NCBI RefSeq assembly: GCF_945952055.1
Contig: NZ_CAMFHB010000003.1
Coordinates: 164,323-228,322, forward strand
Reading direction: 5' to 3'
Source: an uncultured Alsobacter sp.
Lineage (GTDB): Bacteria > Pseudomonadota > Alphaproteobacteria > Rhizobiales > Beijerinckiaceae
Length of the DNA stretch: 64,000 bases
In this document: one piece after another, positions 1-11,260 of the stretch
Position numbering within the stretch: the first letter of the stretch is position 1
How the letters are laid out: every line of letters begins with the position of its first letter
The notes under the pieces: model-generated
The model's database searches: none
Told to the model about the DNA's origin: nothing
What the model saw: the letters and a program-made list of their open reading frames with translations, nothing else
Translations under genes and position numbers: made by a program

Positions 1-91
1 AGCAGCTTGGGGGCGGGCATGGTCGTGGTCCTGACGCTGCGGCATAGGTGCCCGCTTTGTCAGGACCCGTCAAATTCCCGGCGCCGGGATC

Positions 92-1108
92 TCACCGGAA
101 GATGTCGAAGAACGATTTCGGCTTCGGCGGGGGCGGTGCGGGGGCGGCGGCGACGGGCGGCGGCGGGGCCGCACCGGCTGCCTGGTCCGGCTGCGCGGCC
201 GGCGGGCGGGGACGCGCCGGCTTGGGTGCGGGAGGTGGGCCGCCCAGTGCGACGACCCGGGCCGCGAGCTCCGATGCGCGCAGCTCGGTGAACCGGGCGG
301 CGCAGAAACCGTGCACCGACTCGCGCGAATAGTCCCGGCAGACCGTCTCGCGCTCCGAGGTGAAGCCCGCCTGCTCGGCGGCGACCGACTTGACCTCGTT
401 CTTGCCCTGGGTGCGCGCCAGAAGAGCCCGGAAGTTCTCCTGGACGGCCTTGTCGGCGCGCGCCCGGTCGCTCTCGATGGCACGGGCCTGGCTCTCCAGG
501 GTTCCTGGCGAGGGGCCCCACAGGCCGCGGACGTCGATCTTGCAGTCGCCTTCCGGGAACGGGCAGGCCGCGGCCGGCCCCGAAACGAGGACCGCGCCGT
601 CGAGAAGGTCGAGGTCCATCCCGCAGGCCGGGATCGCCACGCGGTAGCGCGGAACGCCCTCGGGCTTGCCGGCCGGGGTGAGCTCGAGCGGCTTGCCCGC
701 GCCGAGGTCGATGCCGCAGGCCTCGCCGGGCCTGGAGATCTTGTCTCCGACGGCGATCAGCGTGACCTGGAGGTTGGTCTTGTCCCGCCGGTCGATGATC
801 AGGCGGCCCTTGGTGCCGTTGAAGGCCAGGGTCTTGCCGATAACGGACGTCTCGGCCGCGACCTTGGGGGGCGCCGCCGGGGGCCTGGGTTTCGGGGGCT
901 GTTGCGGGACCCCGGGCACCCCGCCGCCCGGGACCTGGCCGGGAGCCGGGACGGGTGCCCCGCCCGGAACCGAGGCCGGCGGCACGGGGGGCTGCGACCC
1001 GGGCAGCAGGAGCTGCGCCGTGGCGGAGGAAACCTGCAGGAACGGCGTGACCGCGAGGAGGAGGACGAGCCGGGCCGCGTGGGCGGGAATCAGGGAGCGA
1101 GACGACAT
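92..1108 (-). CDS. Secreted hypothetical protein with Pro/Ala-rich linkers at both ends
   Basis: The track ORF is 92..1168(-). The internal Met at 1108 gives a signal-peptide-like N-terminus (MSSRSLIPAHAARLVLLLAVTPFLQVSSATAQ). Pro/Gly/Ala low-complexity tracts flank a Cys-containing central region. GC3-rich codons are consistent with coding. I recognise no family. Confidence 0.55.
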   Translation of the reverse strand: MSSRSLIPAHAARLVLLLAVTPFLQVSSATAQLLLPGSQPPVPPASVPGGAPVPAPGQVPGGGVPGVPQQPPKPRPPAAPPKVAAETSVIGKTLAFNGTKGRLIIDRRDKTNLQVTLIAVGDKISRPGEACGIDLGAGKPLELTPAGKPEGVPRYRVAIPACGMDLDLLDGAVLVSGPAAACPFPEGDCKIDVRGLWGPSPGTLESQARAIESDRARADKAVQENFRALLARTQGKNEVKSVAAEQAGFTSERETVCRDYSRESVHGFCAARFTELRASELAARVVALGGPPPAPKPARPRPPAAQPDQAAGAAPPPPVAAAPAPPPPKPKSFFDIFR

Positions 1109-1220
1109 GGTCCCAACCTTTATCAAGCCGAGTGCAATCCTGCGATAGTGAAGCCTGCGCGCGAACATCCGCCGTCCATCACGTCCCGGTCAGATTGGCG
1201 AAGCTTTGCTGTCGGCGCGC

Positions 1221-1249
1221 CTTGCACGCTAATAGGCCCCTCCTTATAT
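1221..1249 (+). promoter_or_regulatory. Candidate sigma-32 (RpoH)-type heat-shock promoter of dnaK
   Basis: CTTGCA (1221-1226), 15 nt, then CCTTATAT (1242-1249). This resembles CTTGAA-N13-17-CCCCATNT and lies about 135 nt upstream of the dnaK ATG. No CIRCE inverted repeat is seen in 1169..1383. Confidence 0.4.
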
Positions 1250-1383
1250 ACCGCCGGAACGCGGGAAACCGCGAATTCTGAGGGGACCGACCGCCCCGAA
1301 AGCCGTCGTCAGACGGCCAGGAGGGCGGCCACGGCCGGAGCGCCTACGGGGCCCGGTGGTCTCGCCGCGAAAGGGGATAGAAC

Positions 1384-3294
<1,911 letters not shown>

Positions 3295-3301
3295 AACGGC
3301 C

Positions 3302-3331
3302 ACGGCCGGCCGGAGTGATCCGGCCGGCCGT
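3302..3331 (+). terminator. Perfect 12-bp GC stem-loop just after the dnaK stop (possible intra-operon attenuator/terminator)
   Basis: ACGGCCGGCCGG (3302-3313), loop AGTGAT, CCGGCCGGCCGT (3320-3331), then TCTCTG. There is no long U-run, so it may attenuate or stabilise rather than fully terminate. Confidence 0.5.
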
Positions 3332-3641
3332 TCTCTGCAGGGGGTGGGGCTTGAAACCCTCGGTCGCGTTGAATGAAAAGCGCGAAGCCATCCGGGAAGC
3401 GTTCACGCGCTACCGGGTCCAGAACCCTCGTGTCTTCGGGTCCGTGGCGCGCGGGCAGGACACCGAGGCCAGCGACCTCGATCTCCTGGTCGATCCACTG
3501 CCTGGACTGTCCCTGTTCGATCTCGGCGGCCTGCAGATCGAATTGGAACGTCTTCTGGGCTGTGAGGTCGACGTCGTTCTGGCCGATGGATTGCATCGCC
3601 GCATTCGGACGCGGGTGCTTTCCGAGGCTCAGCCCCTATGA
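3315..3641 (+). CDS. mntA: MntA-type minimal nucleotidyltransferase antitoxin (type VII TA)
   Basis: NTase signature GSVARGQDTEASDLDLLVD (GS-x-D-x-D). Small size. 4-nt ATGA overlap with the downstream HEPN gene. The start is uncertain: GTG 3315 lies in the hairpin loop, in-frame TTG codons at 3351 and 3369 are alternatives, and there is no in-frame ATG. Confidence 0.8.
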   Translation: MIRPAVLCRGWGLKPSVALNEKREAIREAFTRYRVQNPRVFGSVARGQDTEASDLDLLVDPLPGLSLFDLGGLQIELERLLGCEVDVVLADGLHRRIRTRVLSEAQPL

Positions 3642-4015
3642 CGGACCGTGATCCCGGGGTTCCCATCGAATTGATGATGGACGCCGCACGCCACGCGATT
3701 TCGTTCGTCGAGGGGTATTCCGAAGAGCAGTTCCTCGAGAGCATGCGGACGCAGCACGCCGTTTCGATGTGCATCGTCGTCATCGGCGAAAATGCCCGGC
3801 GATTGCTGACGTCCCACCGCGCCCTGACGGAACTGCACCCGGACATCCCCTGGCTCGAGATGGCGCACATGCGTGATCGGATTGCACATGGCTATGAAAA
3901 GTTGCACATGCGCATCGTCTGGGAGACGGCCACGACGAACCTGAAGCCGCTGCTTGATATGCTGGAACCGATCCTGGCATCCCTGCCGGATCCCGACTCA
4001 CCCGCGATCCCCTGA
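3638..4015 (+). CDS. hepT: HepT (DUF86/HEPN) RNase toxin
   Basis: 125 aa with the RX4HXY HEPN motif as RDRIAHGY. Translationally coupled (ATGA) to the upstream NTase gene. Confidence 0.85.
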   Translation: MTDRDPGVPIELMMDAARHAISFVEGYSEEQFLESMRTQHAVSMCIVVIGENARRLLTSHRALTELHPDIPWLEMAHMRDRIAHGYEKLHMRIVWETATTNLKPLLDMLEPILASLPDPDSPAIP

Positions 4016-4026
4016 GCACAACGCCC

Positions 4027-5166
4027 ATGGCCAAGGCCGACTACTACGAACTCCTGGGCGTGAGCCGCACCGCGACGGAAGCCGAGATGAAGTCGGCGTT
4101 CCGCAAGCTCGCCATGAAGCATCACCCGGACAAGAACCCGGGGGACAAGGCGGCCGAGGCCAAGTTCAAGGAGCTCAACGAGGCCTACCAGACGCTCTCC
4201 GACCCGCAGAAGCGCGCCGCCTACGACCGGTTCGGGCACGCCGCCTTCGAGAACGGCGGCATGGGCGGTGGGCCGGGCTTCGGCAACGATTTCGCCTCGT
4301 CGATGGCCGACATCTTCGAGGACCTGTTCGGCGAGATGTCGGGCCGCCGGGGCGGCGGACGCGGCACCAACGGCCGCGAGCGCGGCTCGGACCTGCGCTA
4401 CAACCTCGAGATCACGCTCGAGGAGGCCTATGCCGGCAAGACCGCGACGCTGAAGGTGCCGACCTCCATCGCCTGCGAGGCCTGCTCCGGCTCGGGCGCC
4501 AAGCCAGGCTCCAAGCCCAAGACCTGCGCCACCTGCGCCGGCCACGGCCGCGTGCGCGCGAGCCAGGGCTTCTTCTCGATCGAGCGGACGTGCCCGACCT
4601 GCCACGGCCGCGGCGAAACCATCGACGACCCCTGCCGCAACTGCGGCGGCGCCGGCCGCGTCACGCGCGAGCGCACCCTCTCGGTCAACATCCCGGCGGG
4701 CGTCGAGGACGGCACGCGCATCCGGCTCGCGGGCGAAGGCGAGGCCGGCCTGCGCGGCGGGCCCTCGGGTGACCTGTACATCTTCCTGTCGATCAAGCCG
4801 CATCCGTTCCTGCAGCGCGACGGGGCGGACCTGTTCTGCCGCGTGCCCGTGAGCATGGTGACGGCCGCGCTCGGCGGCGACCTCACCGTGCCCGTGCTCG
4901 ACGGCCAGGAATGCGCCGTGAAGGTCCCGGAGGGGACGCAGACCGGCAAGCAGATCCGGATCCGCGGCCGCGGCATGCCCGTCCTTCGGGCGCGCGAGCA
5001 TGGCGACCTCTACATCCAGATCGTGGTGGAGACCCCGCAGCAGCTGAGCACGCGCCAGCGCGAGCTTCTGCGCGAGTTCGAGCGCGAGAGCTCGAAGGAC
5101 ACGCAGCCCGAAAGTGCCGGCTTCTTCACGAAGGTGCGGGACTTCTTCGCCGGCGGCAACGAGTAG
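4027..5166 (+). CDS. dnaJ: Co-chaperone DnaJ (Hsp40)
   Basis: J-domain with HPD ([10 protein letters not shown]), a G/F-rich region, and four CxxCxGxG zinc-finger repeats ([32 protein letters not shown]). Confidence 0.97.
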   Translation: MAKADYYELLGVSRTATEAEMKSAFRKLAMKHHPDKNPGDKAAEAKFKELNEAYQTLSDPQKRAAYDRFGHAAFENGGMGGGPGFGNDFASSMADIFEDLFGEMSGRRGGGRGTNGRERGSDLRYNLEITLEEAYAGKTATLKVPTSIACEACSGSGAKPGSKPKTCATCAGHGRVRASQGFFSIERTCPTCHGRGETIDDPCRNCGGAGRVTRERTLSVNIPAGVEDGTRIRLAGEGEAGLRGGPSGDLYIFLSIKPHPFLQRDGADLFCRVPVSMVTAALGGDLTVPVLDGQECAVKVPEGTQTGKQIRIRGRGMPVLRAREHGDLYIQIVVETPQQLSTRQRELLREFERESSKDTQPESAGFFTKVRDFFAGGNE

Positions 5167-5263
5167 CCCGAGGCATCGGGAGTGGCCGTCGCGCCACGGG
5201 ACGGTTGACCTCGCGGCCTCCCGTCCCCACCTTGATCGCCTGTGCTGATGGACAGGAGGCGTC

Positions 5264-6250
5264 GTGTCGTCCCGTCGTACACCGTCGTCGTCCCCTCGTT
5301 CCGGACCCCCGCCGCGTCACCGCAAGGACGGGGTGAACTTCGGCGAGCGCCTCCAGGACGAGGCGCGGTTCCTGCGCAGCTGGCTCGACAATCCTCGCGC
5401 CGCCGGCGCCATCGCGCCCTCCGGACCTGCCTTGGCCAAGGCCATGGCCACCGCCATCGACCTCGACCGCGACGGTCCGGTGGTCGAGCTGGGGCCGGGG
5501 ACGGGCCCCGTCACGGAAGCGCTCGTCGCGTATGGCGTGGACGAATCCCGGCTCGTCCTGGTGGAGTTCGATCCCGATTTCGTGGCGTTGCTGCGCGAGC
5601 GCTTCCCCCGGGCGACCGTCATCCGCGGCGATGCCTACGCGCTGCGCACGACGCTGGCGGGGGAGCTCGCCCGGCCGGCCGCAGCCGTCGTCTCCAGTCT
5701 TCCCCTGCTGAATCGGCCCGAGGACGAGCGGGTGCGCCTGCTGGCGGACGCCCTGGCCCTCATGCAGCCGGGGGCGCCCTTCGTCCAGTTCACCTATGGG
5801 CTGCTGTCGCCCGTGCCTCGCGAGGCCGGCGGCTTCACGGCGGAGCTGTCGGCGCCCGTGTGGCGCAACATTCCGCCGGCGCGCGTGTGGACCTACCGGG
5901 CCGACGGCAGCGGCCGCGTTCCGGCCTTGCCGGCCTGGCGTGGGGACCTGATCGACCGGGTTCGCGAGGAATGGCGCGAAGCGGCGGCCCGGGTGCGCAA
6001 CGAGTGGACGGAACGCACGGACAAGGTCCGCGACGACCTGCGCCGCACGGGCGACCGGGTTCGGCGCGATCTCGCCGAGCACAGCCTGCGCATGCGGCGC
6101 GAGGTGCGGCTCGACGAGACCTTGCGCGTGCTCCGGCGCATCGCCGAGCACATGGAGTCGAGCCCCGACATCCACATCGCGGCCGACCGCGATCTCCGGC
6201 GCAAGTCGACCGGGGATCCGGGCCGGCGTTCGGGCGAACGGCGCCTTTGA
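5264..6250 (+). CDS. pmtA: Phospholipid N-methyltransferase (Sinorhizobium-type PmtA family) with a charged C-terminal extension of about 114 aa
   Basis: GTG start preceded by GGAGG. SAM motif VVELGPGTGPVT. FLRSWLDNPRAAGAIAPSG and SSLPLLN...VQFTYG...NIPPARVWTY resemble rhizobial PmtA. The position downstream of dnaKJ matches what I recall for Bradyrhizobium (from memory; verify). Confidence 0.65.
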   Translation: MSSRRTPSSSPRSGPPPRHRKDGVNFGERLQDEARFLRSWLDNPRAAGAIAPSGPALAKAMATAIDLDRDGPVVELGPGTGPVTEALVAYGVDESRLVLVEFDPDFVALLRERFPRATVIRGDAYALRTTLAGELARPAAAVVSSLPLLNRPEDERVRLLADALALMQPGAPFVQFTYGLLSPVPREAGGFTAELSAPVWRNIPPARVWTYRADGSGRVPALPAWRGDLIDRVREEWREAAARVRNEWTERTDKVRDDLRRTGDRVRRDLAEHSLRMRREVRLDETLRVLRRIAEHMESSPDIHIAADRDLRRKSTGDPGRRSGERRL

Positions 6251-6307
6251 CACGAACGGCCCTCGCGTGTTCCACAGCGGCGACCTCAACGCCGGAAGGA
6301 CACGCTC

Positions 6308-7003
6308 ATGCCCGCCATCGCTGCCCGCGACCGCATCATCGTCGCCCTGGACCTGCCGTCCGTCGGGGAGGCCGCCGCCATGGTGGAGCGGCTCGGCGAC
6401 AGCGTGACCTTCTACAAGGTCGGGCTCGAGCTCGCCTATGCGGGCGGGATCGACTTCGCCAGGGACCTCGTCCGGTCCGGCAAGAAGGTCTTCCTCGACC
6501 TCAAGCTGCATGACATTCCCAACACCGTCGCCCGCGCCACGGAGCGCGTGGCCGACGTGGGCGCGACCTACCTGACGGTCCATGCCTTCCCCCACACGAT
6601 GCGGGCGGCGCTGGAGGGCTCGGCGGGTTCCGGCCTCAAGGTTCTCGCCGTCACCGTGCTGACCTCCAACAACGATGCCGATCTCGCCGAGGCGGGCTAT
6701 GCCGTCGGCGTGGCCGACCTCGTGCGCCGCCGCGCCCTGCAGGCCGCGGAGATCGGCGTGGGAGGCATCGTGCTGTCACCCGAGGAGGCGACCGCGATGC
6801 GGGCGCTCGTGGGAGGAGGGCTCGATCTGGTGACGCCCGGCATCCGGCCCGCCGGCAGCGACGTCGGCGATCAGAAGCGGGTGATGACGCCGCGCCGCGC
6901 CATCGAAGCGGGGGCCGATCGGCTCGTCATCGGCCGTCCGATCACGCAATCGCAGGATCCTAAAGCGACAGTAGAGAGCATCGTTCTTGATATACAGCAA
7001 TGA
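6308..7003 (+). CDS. pyrF: Orotidine 5'-phosphate decarboxylase
   Basis: 231 aa. Motifs [18 protein letters not shown] and VIGRPIT are typical of PyrF. Confidence 0.93.
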   Translation: MPAIAARDRIIVALDLPSVGEAAAMVERLGDSVTFYKVGLELAYAGGIDFARDLVRSGKKVFLDLKLHDIPNTVARATERVADVGATYLTVHAFPHTMRAALEGSAGSGLKVLAVTVLTSNNDADLAEAGYAVGVADLVRRRALQAAEIGVGGIVLSPEEATAMRALVGGGLDLVTPGIRPAGSDVGDQKRVMTPRRAIEAGADRLVIGRPITQSQDPKATVESIVLDIQQ

Positions 7004-7106
7004 TGGGATGTCTTTGGTTGTAATCTAGCTCTTCAAGCTTTTATACGTTTCGTAACGGTTGTGGAGGCATCATAACCATCGATCATTTTCCGAAAAGAGC
7101 TTTGTC

Positions 7107-9014
7107 ATGTCCAGCCTCAAGTCGCGCTTTATTGTTTTTTGCGTGCTGATGGCCGCTTTGGCGGGATCGGTCGCGGCTTTTGGCTTCCACAGTTCGGCGC
7201 GGCTCGGGTCGGCCATCGATCACATCGCCGATACTGCGGTGGCGATCCGGCAGCACACGATCGGCGACATGCTGCACGACTCCTTGCGCGGCGACGTTTA
7301 CGCGGCGTTGCACCGCTCCTCCCTGGGAGACCCGGCGCAGGACACGGTGAAGGAGACGGCCGAGCACGCGGCCCAGTTCCTGGCCAGCATCGCCGGCGCC
7401 AAGAAGGTGGCCGGATCCGGCGCGGCGCAGGCGACCCTGGCCGCCCTCGACAAGCCGCTGCGGGAGTACATCGACCAGTCCGTCCGGATCGTGCGCCTGG
7501 CCTTCCTGGATCGCCTCGCCGCGCTGGCCGAGATGAACGAGTTCGATCGTCGCTTCGAGGCCCTCGCCAAGGCGATGGACGAGGCCGGCGACGTTCTGGA
7601 GAACGAGGCGCGAGAGGCTCAGGACGAGTCGACATCCTCCCGCCGCCTCGCCGACAGGCTGGCCGCGGCGGGCCTCGTCGTGTCCATTCTGGCCGCGTTC
7701 ACGCTGTTCTTCCTCGTCAACAGGTCGGTCCTGGGGCCGCTGCGCGCGATCGCGGCGGCGATGCAGCGGCTGTCGGGCGGCGACACGACGATCGCCATCC
7801 CCTCCGTGGACCGGAAAGACGAGATCGGCATCATGGCCAATGCCATTGCCGTGTTCCGCTCTGCCATCGAGACCCGCGGCTTCGAACAGCAGACCCGCAT
7901 GCGGCGCGAGATGGAGGCGGCGGAGGAACGCCGCCGCGTGATGGAACAGATGACCGAGAAGATCGGCCTGGTCATCGATGCCGCCAGCCGGGGCGACTTC
8001 TCCCACCGCATCGACCCGGACGGAATCGCGGAGAGCGACGTCAAGGAGATGTCCGGCCGCCTGAACCACCTGATGCAGACGATCGACGACGGGCTCAGCG
8101 AGACCCTCATGGTCCTGACCACCCTCACGAACGGCGACCTCACGGTGCGGGTGCTGGGCACGTATCGCGGGGCCTTCGACGCCCTGAAGTCGGGGACCAA
8201 CAGTCTCGGCGACAAGCTCGCCGACGCGCTGAGCCGCCTCGCCACGTCGGCGATGGCGGTCCGCGCGGCAACCGGCGAGATCGCGCACGGCATTCACGAC
8301 CTCTCCGAGCGCACGGCGGACCAGGCGCACACGGTGGAAGGGACCTGCAAGGCCCTGACCGAGTTCACGACCGGGATCCGTGACAACGCGGTGCGCGCCG
8401 GTCAGGCGGCCGAGGTGGTGAAGGCCGCCGAAGTCCAGGCGCGGCAAGGCGGGGAGGTGCTGGACTCCGCCCGGGCCGCCATGCATCGCATCAGCGCATC
8501 CTCCGCCCGGATCTCTGACATCGTCGACCTGATCGACGGCATCGCGTTCCAGACCAACCTGCTGGCGCTCAATGCCGCCGTCGAGGCGGCCAGGGCGGGG
8601 GAGGTCGGCCGCGGCTTCGCGGTCGTCGCCTCCGAGGTTCGCACGCTGGCGCAGCGCGCCGCCGAGGCCTCGCAGGAGATCAAGCAGCTCATCGACAAGG
8701 CCCAGAGCGAGATCACGAACGGCGTGTCCCTGGTGGAGGAGACGTCCCAGCAGCTGGGGGCCATCTTCACCGCGGTGTCGGACGTGACGACCATCGTCAC
8801 GACCATCGCGGCCGCGTCCACCGAGCAGGCCGCGAGCGTCGAAGGGCTCAACGACACCGTCGCCCGGCTGGGCGACGTCGCCCACCAGAACGCGACCCTG
8901 GTCGAGGAGACCCACGCCGCCATTCGCTCGACGGAGGAGGAAACGGGTCGCCTGGAGGCGCTGGCCGGCCAGTTCGTCCTCGCGACCCCCGCGCGCTTCC
9001 GATCCGCGGCCTGA
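7107..9014 (+). CDS. Methyl-accepting chemotaxis protein
   Basis: N-terminal TM segment, helical sensor region, second TM segment, HAMP-like segments, and the conserved MCP signalling hairpin ([39 protein letters not shown]). The ATG at 7107 follows an AT-rich spacer. Confidence 0.9.
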   Translation: MSSLKSRFIVFCVLMAALAGSVAAFGFHSSARLGSAIDHIADTAVAIRQHTIGDMLHDSLRGDVYAALHRSSLGDPAQDTVKETAEHAAQFLASIAGAKKVAGSGAAQATLAALDKPLREYIDQSVRIVRLAFLDRLAALAEMNEFDRRFEALAKAMDEAGDVLENEAREAQDESTSSRRLADRLAAAGLVVSILAAFTLFFLVNRSVLGPLRAIAAAMQRLSGGDTTIAIPSVDRKDEIGIMANAIAVFRSAIETRGFEQQTRMRREMEAAEERRRVMEQMTEKIGLVIDAASRGDFSHRIDPDGIAESDVKEMSGRLNHLMQTIDDGLSETLMVLTTLTNGDLTVRVLGTYRGAFDALKSGTNSLGDKLADALSRLATSAMAVRAATGEIAHGIHDLSERTADQAHTVEGTCKALTEFTTGIRDNAVRAGQAAEVVKAAEVQARQGGEVLDSARAAMHRISASSARISDIVDLIDGIAFQTNLLALNAAVEAARAGEVGRGFAVVASEVRTLAQRAAEASQEIKQLIDKAQSEITNGVSLVEETSQQLGAIFTAVSDVTTIVTTIAAASTEQAASVEGLNDTVARLGDVAHQNATLVEETHAAIRSTEEETGRLEALAGQFVLATPARFRSAA

Positions 9015-9091
9015 TCGCGGATCTCGCCCGGTCGGTTGACCCGCCCCGGCCGATGAGGTTGTCTCCCGCCGTGCAGCAGGGGAGGACGACC

Positions 9092-9394
9092 ATGCCCAAG
9101 GCCTACATCATCGCCAGGGTCACCGTGAACGATCCGGACAGCTACGCCGAATACGCCAAGGGCGCGTTCCAGGCGATGCGCAAGTACGGCGCCCGCATCC
9201 TGGCCCGCGGCGGCAAGGCGGAGGCGCTGGAGGGCGAGGCGCGGGCGCGCAACGTCATTCTCGAATTCGAGAGCTACGAGCAGGCCAAGGTCTATTTCAA
9301 CTCGCCCGAATACCAGGCGGCGAAGAAGCACCGCGCCGGCGGGGCCGTGGGCGAGTTCGTGGTCGTCGAGGCCTTCGAGGGAGAACAGCCGTGA
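9092..9394 (+). CDS. DUF1330 domain protein
   Basis: About 100 aa, with a dimeric alpha-beta-barrel-like DUF1330 pattern (YIIARVTVNDPDSYAEY...ILEFESYEQAKVYFNSPEYQ). GGAGG lies upstream of the ATG at 9092. Confidence 0.8.
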   Translation: MPKAYIIARVTVNDPDSYAEYAKGAFQAMRKYGARILARGGKAEALEGEARARNVILEFESYEQAKVYFNSPEYQAAKKHRAGGAVGEFVVVEAFEGEQP

Positions 9395-9702
9395 GCAAGC
9401 CGAAGGGATACTGGATCGCCCGCGTCGACGTGTCCGATCCGCAGGCCTACGACAAGTATCGCGAGGCGAATGCCGCGCCGTTCGCCGAGTTCGGTGCGCG
9501 GTTCCTCGTGCGCGGCGGTCGCTACGAGGTGGCGGAAGGCTCGGCCCGCGCCCGCAACGTCGTGATCGAGTTCAAGGACTACGAGACGGCGGTCGCCTGC
9601 TATCACTCGTCGGGCTACCAGGCCGCCAAGGCCAAGCGTGTCGACGCGTCCGTCGGCGACCTGCTGATCATCGAGGGCTACGACGGTCCGCAGCCGGCCT
9701 GA
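9391..9702 (+). CDS. DUF1330 domain protein (tandem paralog)
   Basis: 103 aa with the same pattern ([17 protein letters not shown]...[20 protein letters not shown]). GTGA overlap with the upstream paralog. Confidence 0.8.
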   Translation: MSKPKGYWIARVDVSDPQAYDKYREANAAPFAEFGARFLVRGGRYEVAEGSARARNVVIEFKDYETAVACYHSSGYQAAKAKRVDASVGDLLIIEGYDGPQPA

Positions 9703-9787
9703 CGCCGCGCCTGGGCCGAAAGTCCGGCCGCGGGTGCTTCCGTTGGCCGGATCGGCGGAGTATATCCGGCTGACAAGGAGATCGCCG

Positions 9788-10603
9788 ATGACCGAGATGC
9801 GCCTGGTCGTTGTGGGTGCCGCCGGACGCATGGGGCGGATGCTCATCAAGACCATCCACGAGACCCCCGGTGCGACACTCGCAGGTGCGATCGAGCAGGA
9901 AGGCTCCATCGCGCTCGGCCAGGATGCCGGTCTCCTCGCCGGCATCGGCGAAACGCGGGTCAAGATCGTCGACGATCCGCTTCCCGTCTTCGCGAAGGCC
10001 CATGGCGTGCTGGACTTCACCGCGCCCGCGGCCACCGTGGCGTTCGCGGCGCTGGCCGCCCAGGCGCGCATCGTCCACGTGGTCGGCACGACGGGCATGG
10101 AGGACGAGCACCTCGCCAAGCTCGAGGCGGCGGCCCGTCATGCGGTGATCGTCCGCTCGGGCAACATGAGCCTGGGCGTCAACCTCCTGGCCTCGCTGGT
10201 GCGCCGGGCCGCCAAGGCGCTCGGGACGGACTTCGACGTCGAGGTCGTCGAGATGCACCACCGCATGAAGGTCGACGCTCCCTCCGGCACGGCGCTGATG
10301 CTCGGCCAGGCGGCGGCCGAGGGCCGCGGCATCGACCTCAAGGCCAACTCGGAACGAGGCCGCGACGGGATCACGGGCGCCCGCAAACCCGGTGCTATCG
10401 GCTTCGCCGCCCTGCGGGGCGGAACCGTCGTCGGCGACCACAGCGTCGTCTTCGCCGGGCCGCACGAGCGCATCGTGTTCCAGCACGTCGCTGAGGATCG
10501 CGGCCTGTTCGCCCGGGGCGCGGTGTCGGCGGCCCTGTGGGCCCGCGGACGCAAGCCCGGCCTCTATTCGATGGACGACGTGCTCGGCCTGTCCGAAGCC
10601 TGA
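9788..10603 (+). CDS. dapB: 4-hydroxy-tetrahydrodipicolinate reductase
   Basis: [11 protein letters not shown] Rossmann motif and [15 protein letters not shown] catalytic motif. AAGGAG lies upstream of the ATG at 9788. Confidence 0.93.
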   Translation: MTEMRLVVVGAAGRMGRMLIKTIHETPGATLAGAIEQEGSIALGQDAGLLAGIGETRVKIVDDPLPVFAKAHGVLDFTAPAATVAFAALAAQARIVHVVGTTGMEDEHLAKLEAAARHAVIVRSGNMSLGVNLLASLVRRAAKALGTDFDVEVVEMHHRMKVDAPSGTALMLGQAAAEGRGIDLKANSERGRDGITGARKPGAIGFAALRGGTVVGDHSVVFAGPHERIVFQHVAEDRGLFARGAVSAALWARGRKPGLYSMDDVLGLSEA

Positions 10604-10636
10604 TCGTCCCTTCCCGCCACCGACCGGAGTCACCCG

Positions 10637-11257
10637 ATGGACCGCCTTCTCGTGCTCGTGCGCCACGGCCAGAGCGACTGGAACCTCAAGAACCTGTTCA
10701 CCGGCTGGAAGGATCCGGACCTGACCGAGAAGGGCATCGCCGAAGCCAAGGCGGCCGGCCAGCGCCTCAAGGCTCTCGGCCTCGGCTTCGACGTCGCCTT
10801 CACCTCGGCCCTCACCCGGGCCCAGCACACCTGCAGCCTGCTGCTCGGCGAACTCGGCCAGTCCGACCTGCAGACCATCCGCGAGCAGGCCCTGAACGAG
10901 CGCGACTACGGCGACCTTTCCGGCCTGAACAAGGACGACGCCCGCGCCCGCTGGGGCGAGGAGCAGGTGCATGTCTGGCGCCGGTCCTACGACGTGCCGC
11001 CGCCCGGCGGCGAGAGCCTGAAGGACACGGTCGCCCGCGTGCTCCCCTATTACTGCCAGGAGATCCTGCCGCGGGTGCTGCGCGGCGAGCGCGTGGTGGT
11101 CGCCGCCCACGGCAATTCGCTGCGCGCGCTGGTGATGGTCCTCGACCGGCTGACGCCGGACACGATCCCGACCATGGAACTCGAGACGGGCGTGCCGCTC
11201 GTCTACAAGCTCAACGCGGATTCGACCGTGTCGTCCAAGCAGGTGCTGTCGGCCTGA
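10637..11257 (+). CDS. gpmA: 2,3-bisphosphoglycerate-dependent phosphoglycerate mutase
   Basis: [20 protein letters not shown] and [10 protein letters not shown] motifs of the dPGM family. Confidence 0.93.
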   Translation: MDRLLVLVRHGQSDWNLKNLFTGWKDPDLTEKGIAEAKAAGQRLKALGLGFDVAFTSALTRAQHTCSLLLGELGQSDLQTIREQALNERDYGDLSGLNKDDARARWGEEQVHVWRRSYDVPPPGGESLKDTVARVLPYYCQEILPRVLRGERVVVAAHGNSLRALVMVLDRLTPDTIPTMELETGVPLVYKLNADSTVSSKQVLSA

Positions 11258-11260
11258 GGC

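Noticed and set aside
3373-3651. Alternative-frame 92-aa ORF with an ATG start overlapping mntA
   Set aside because: The product (MKSAKPSGKRSRATGSRT...) has no motifs. The NTase signature is in the other frame, which is also the one coupled to hepT by the ATGA overlap.
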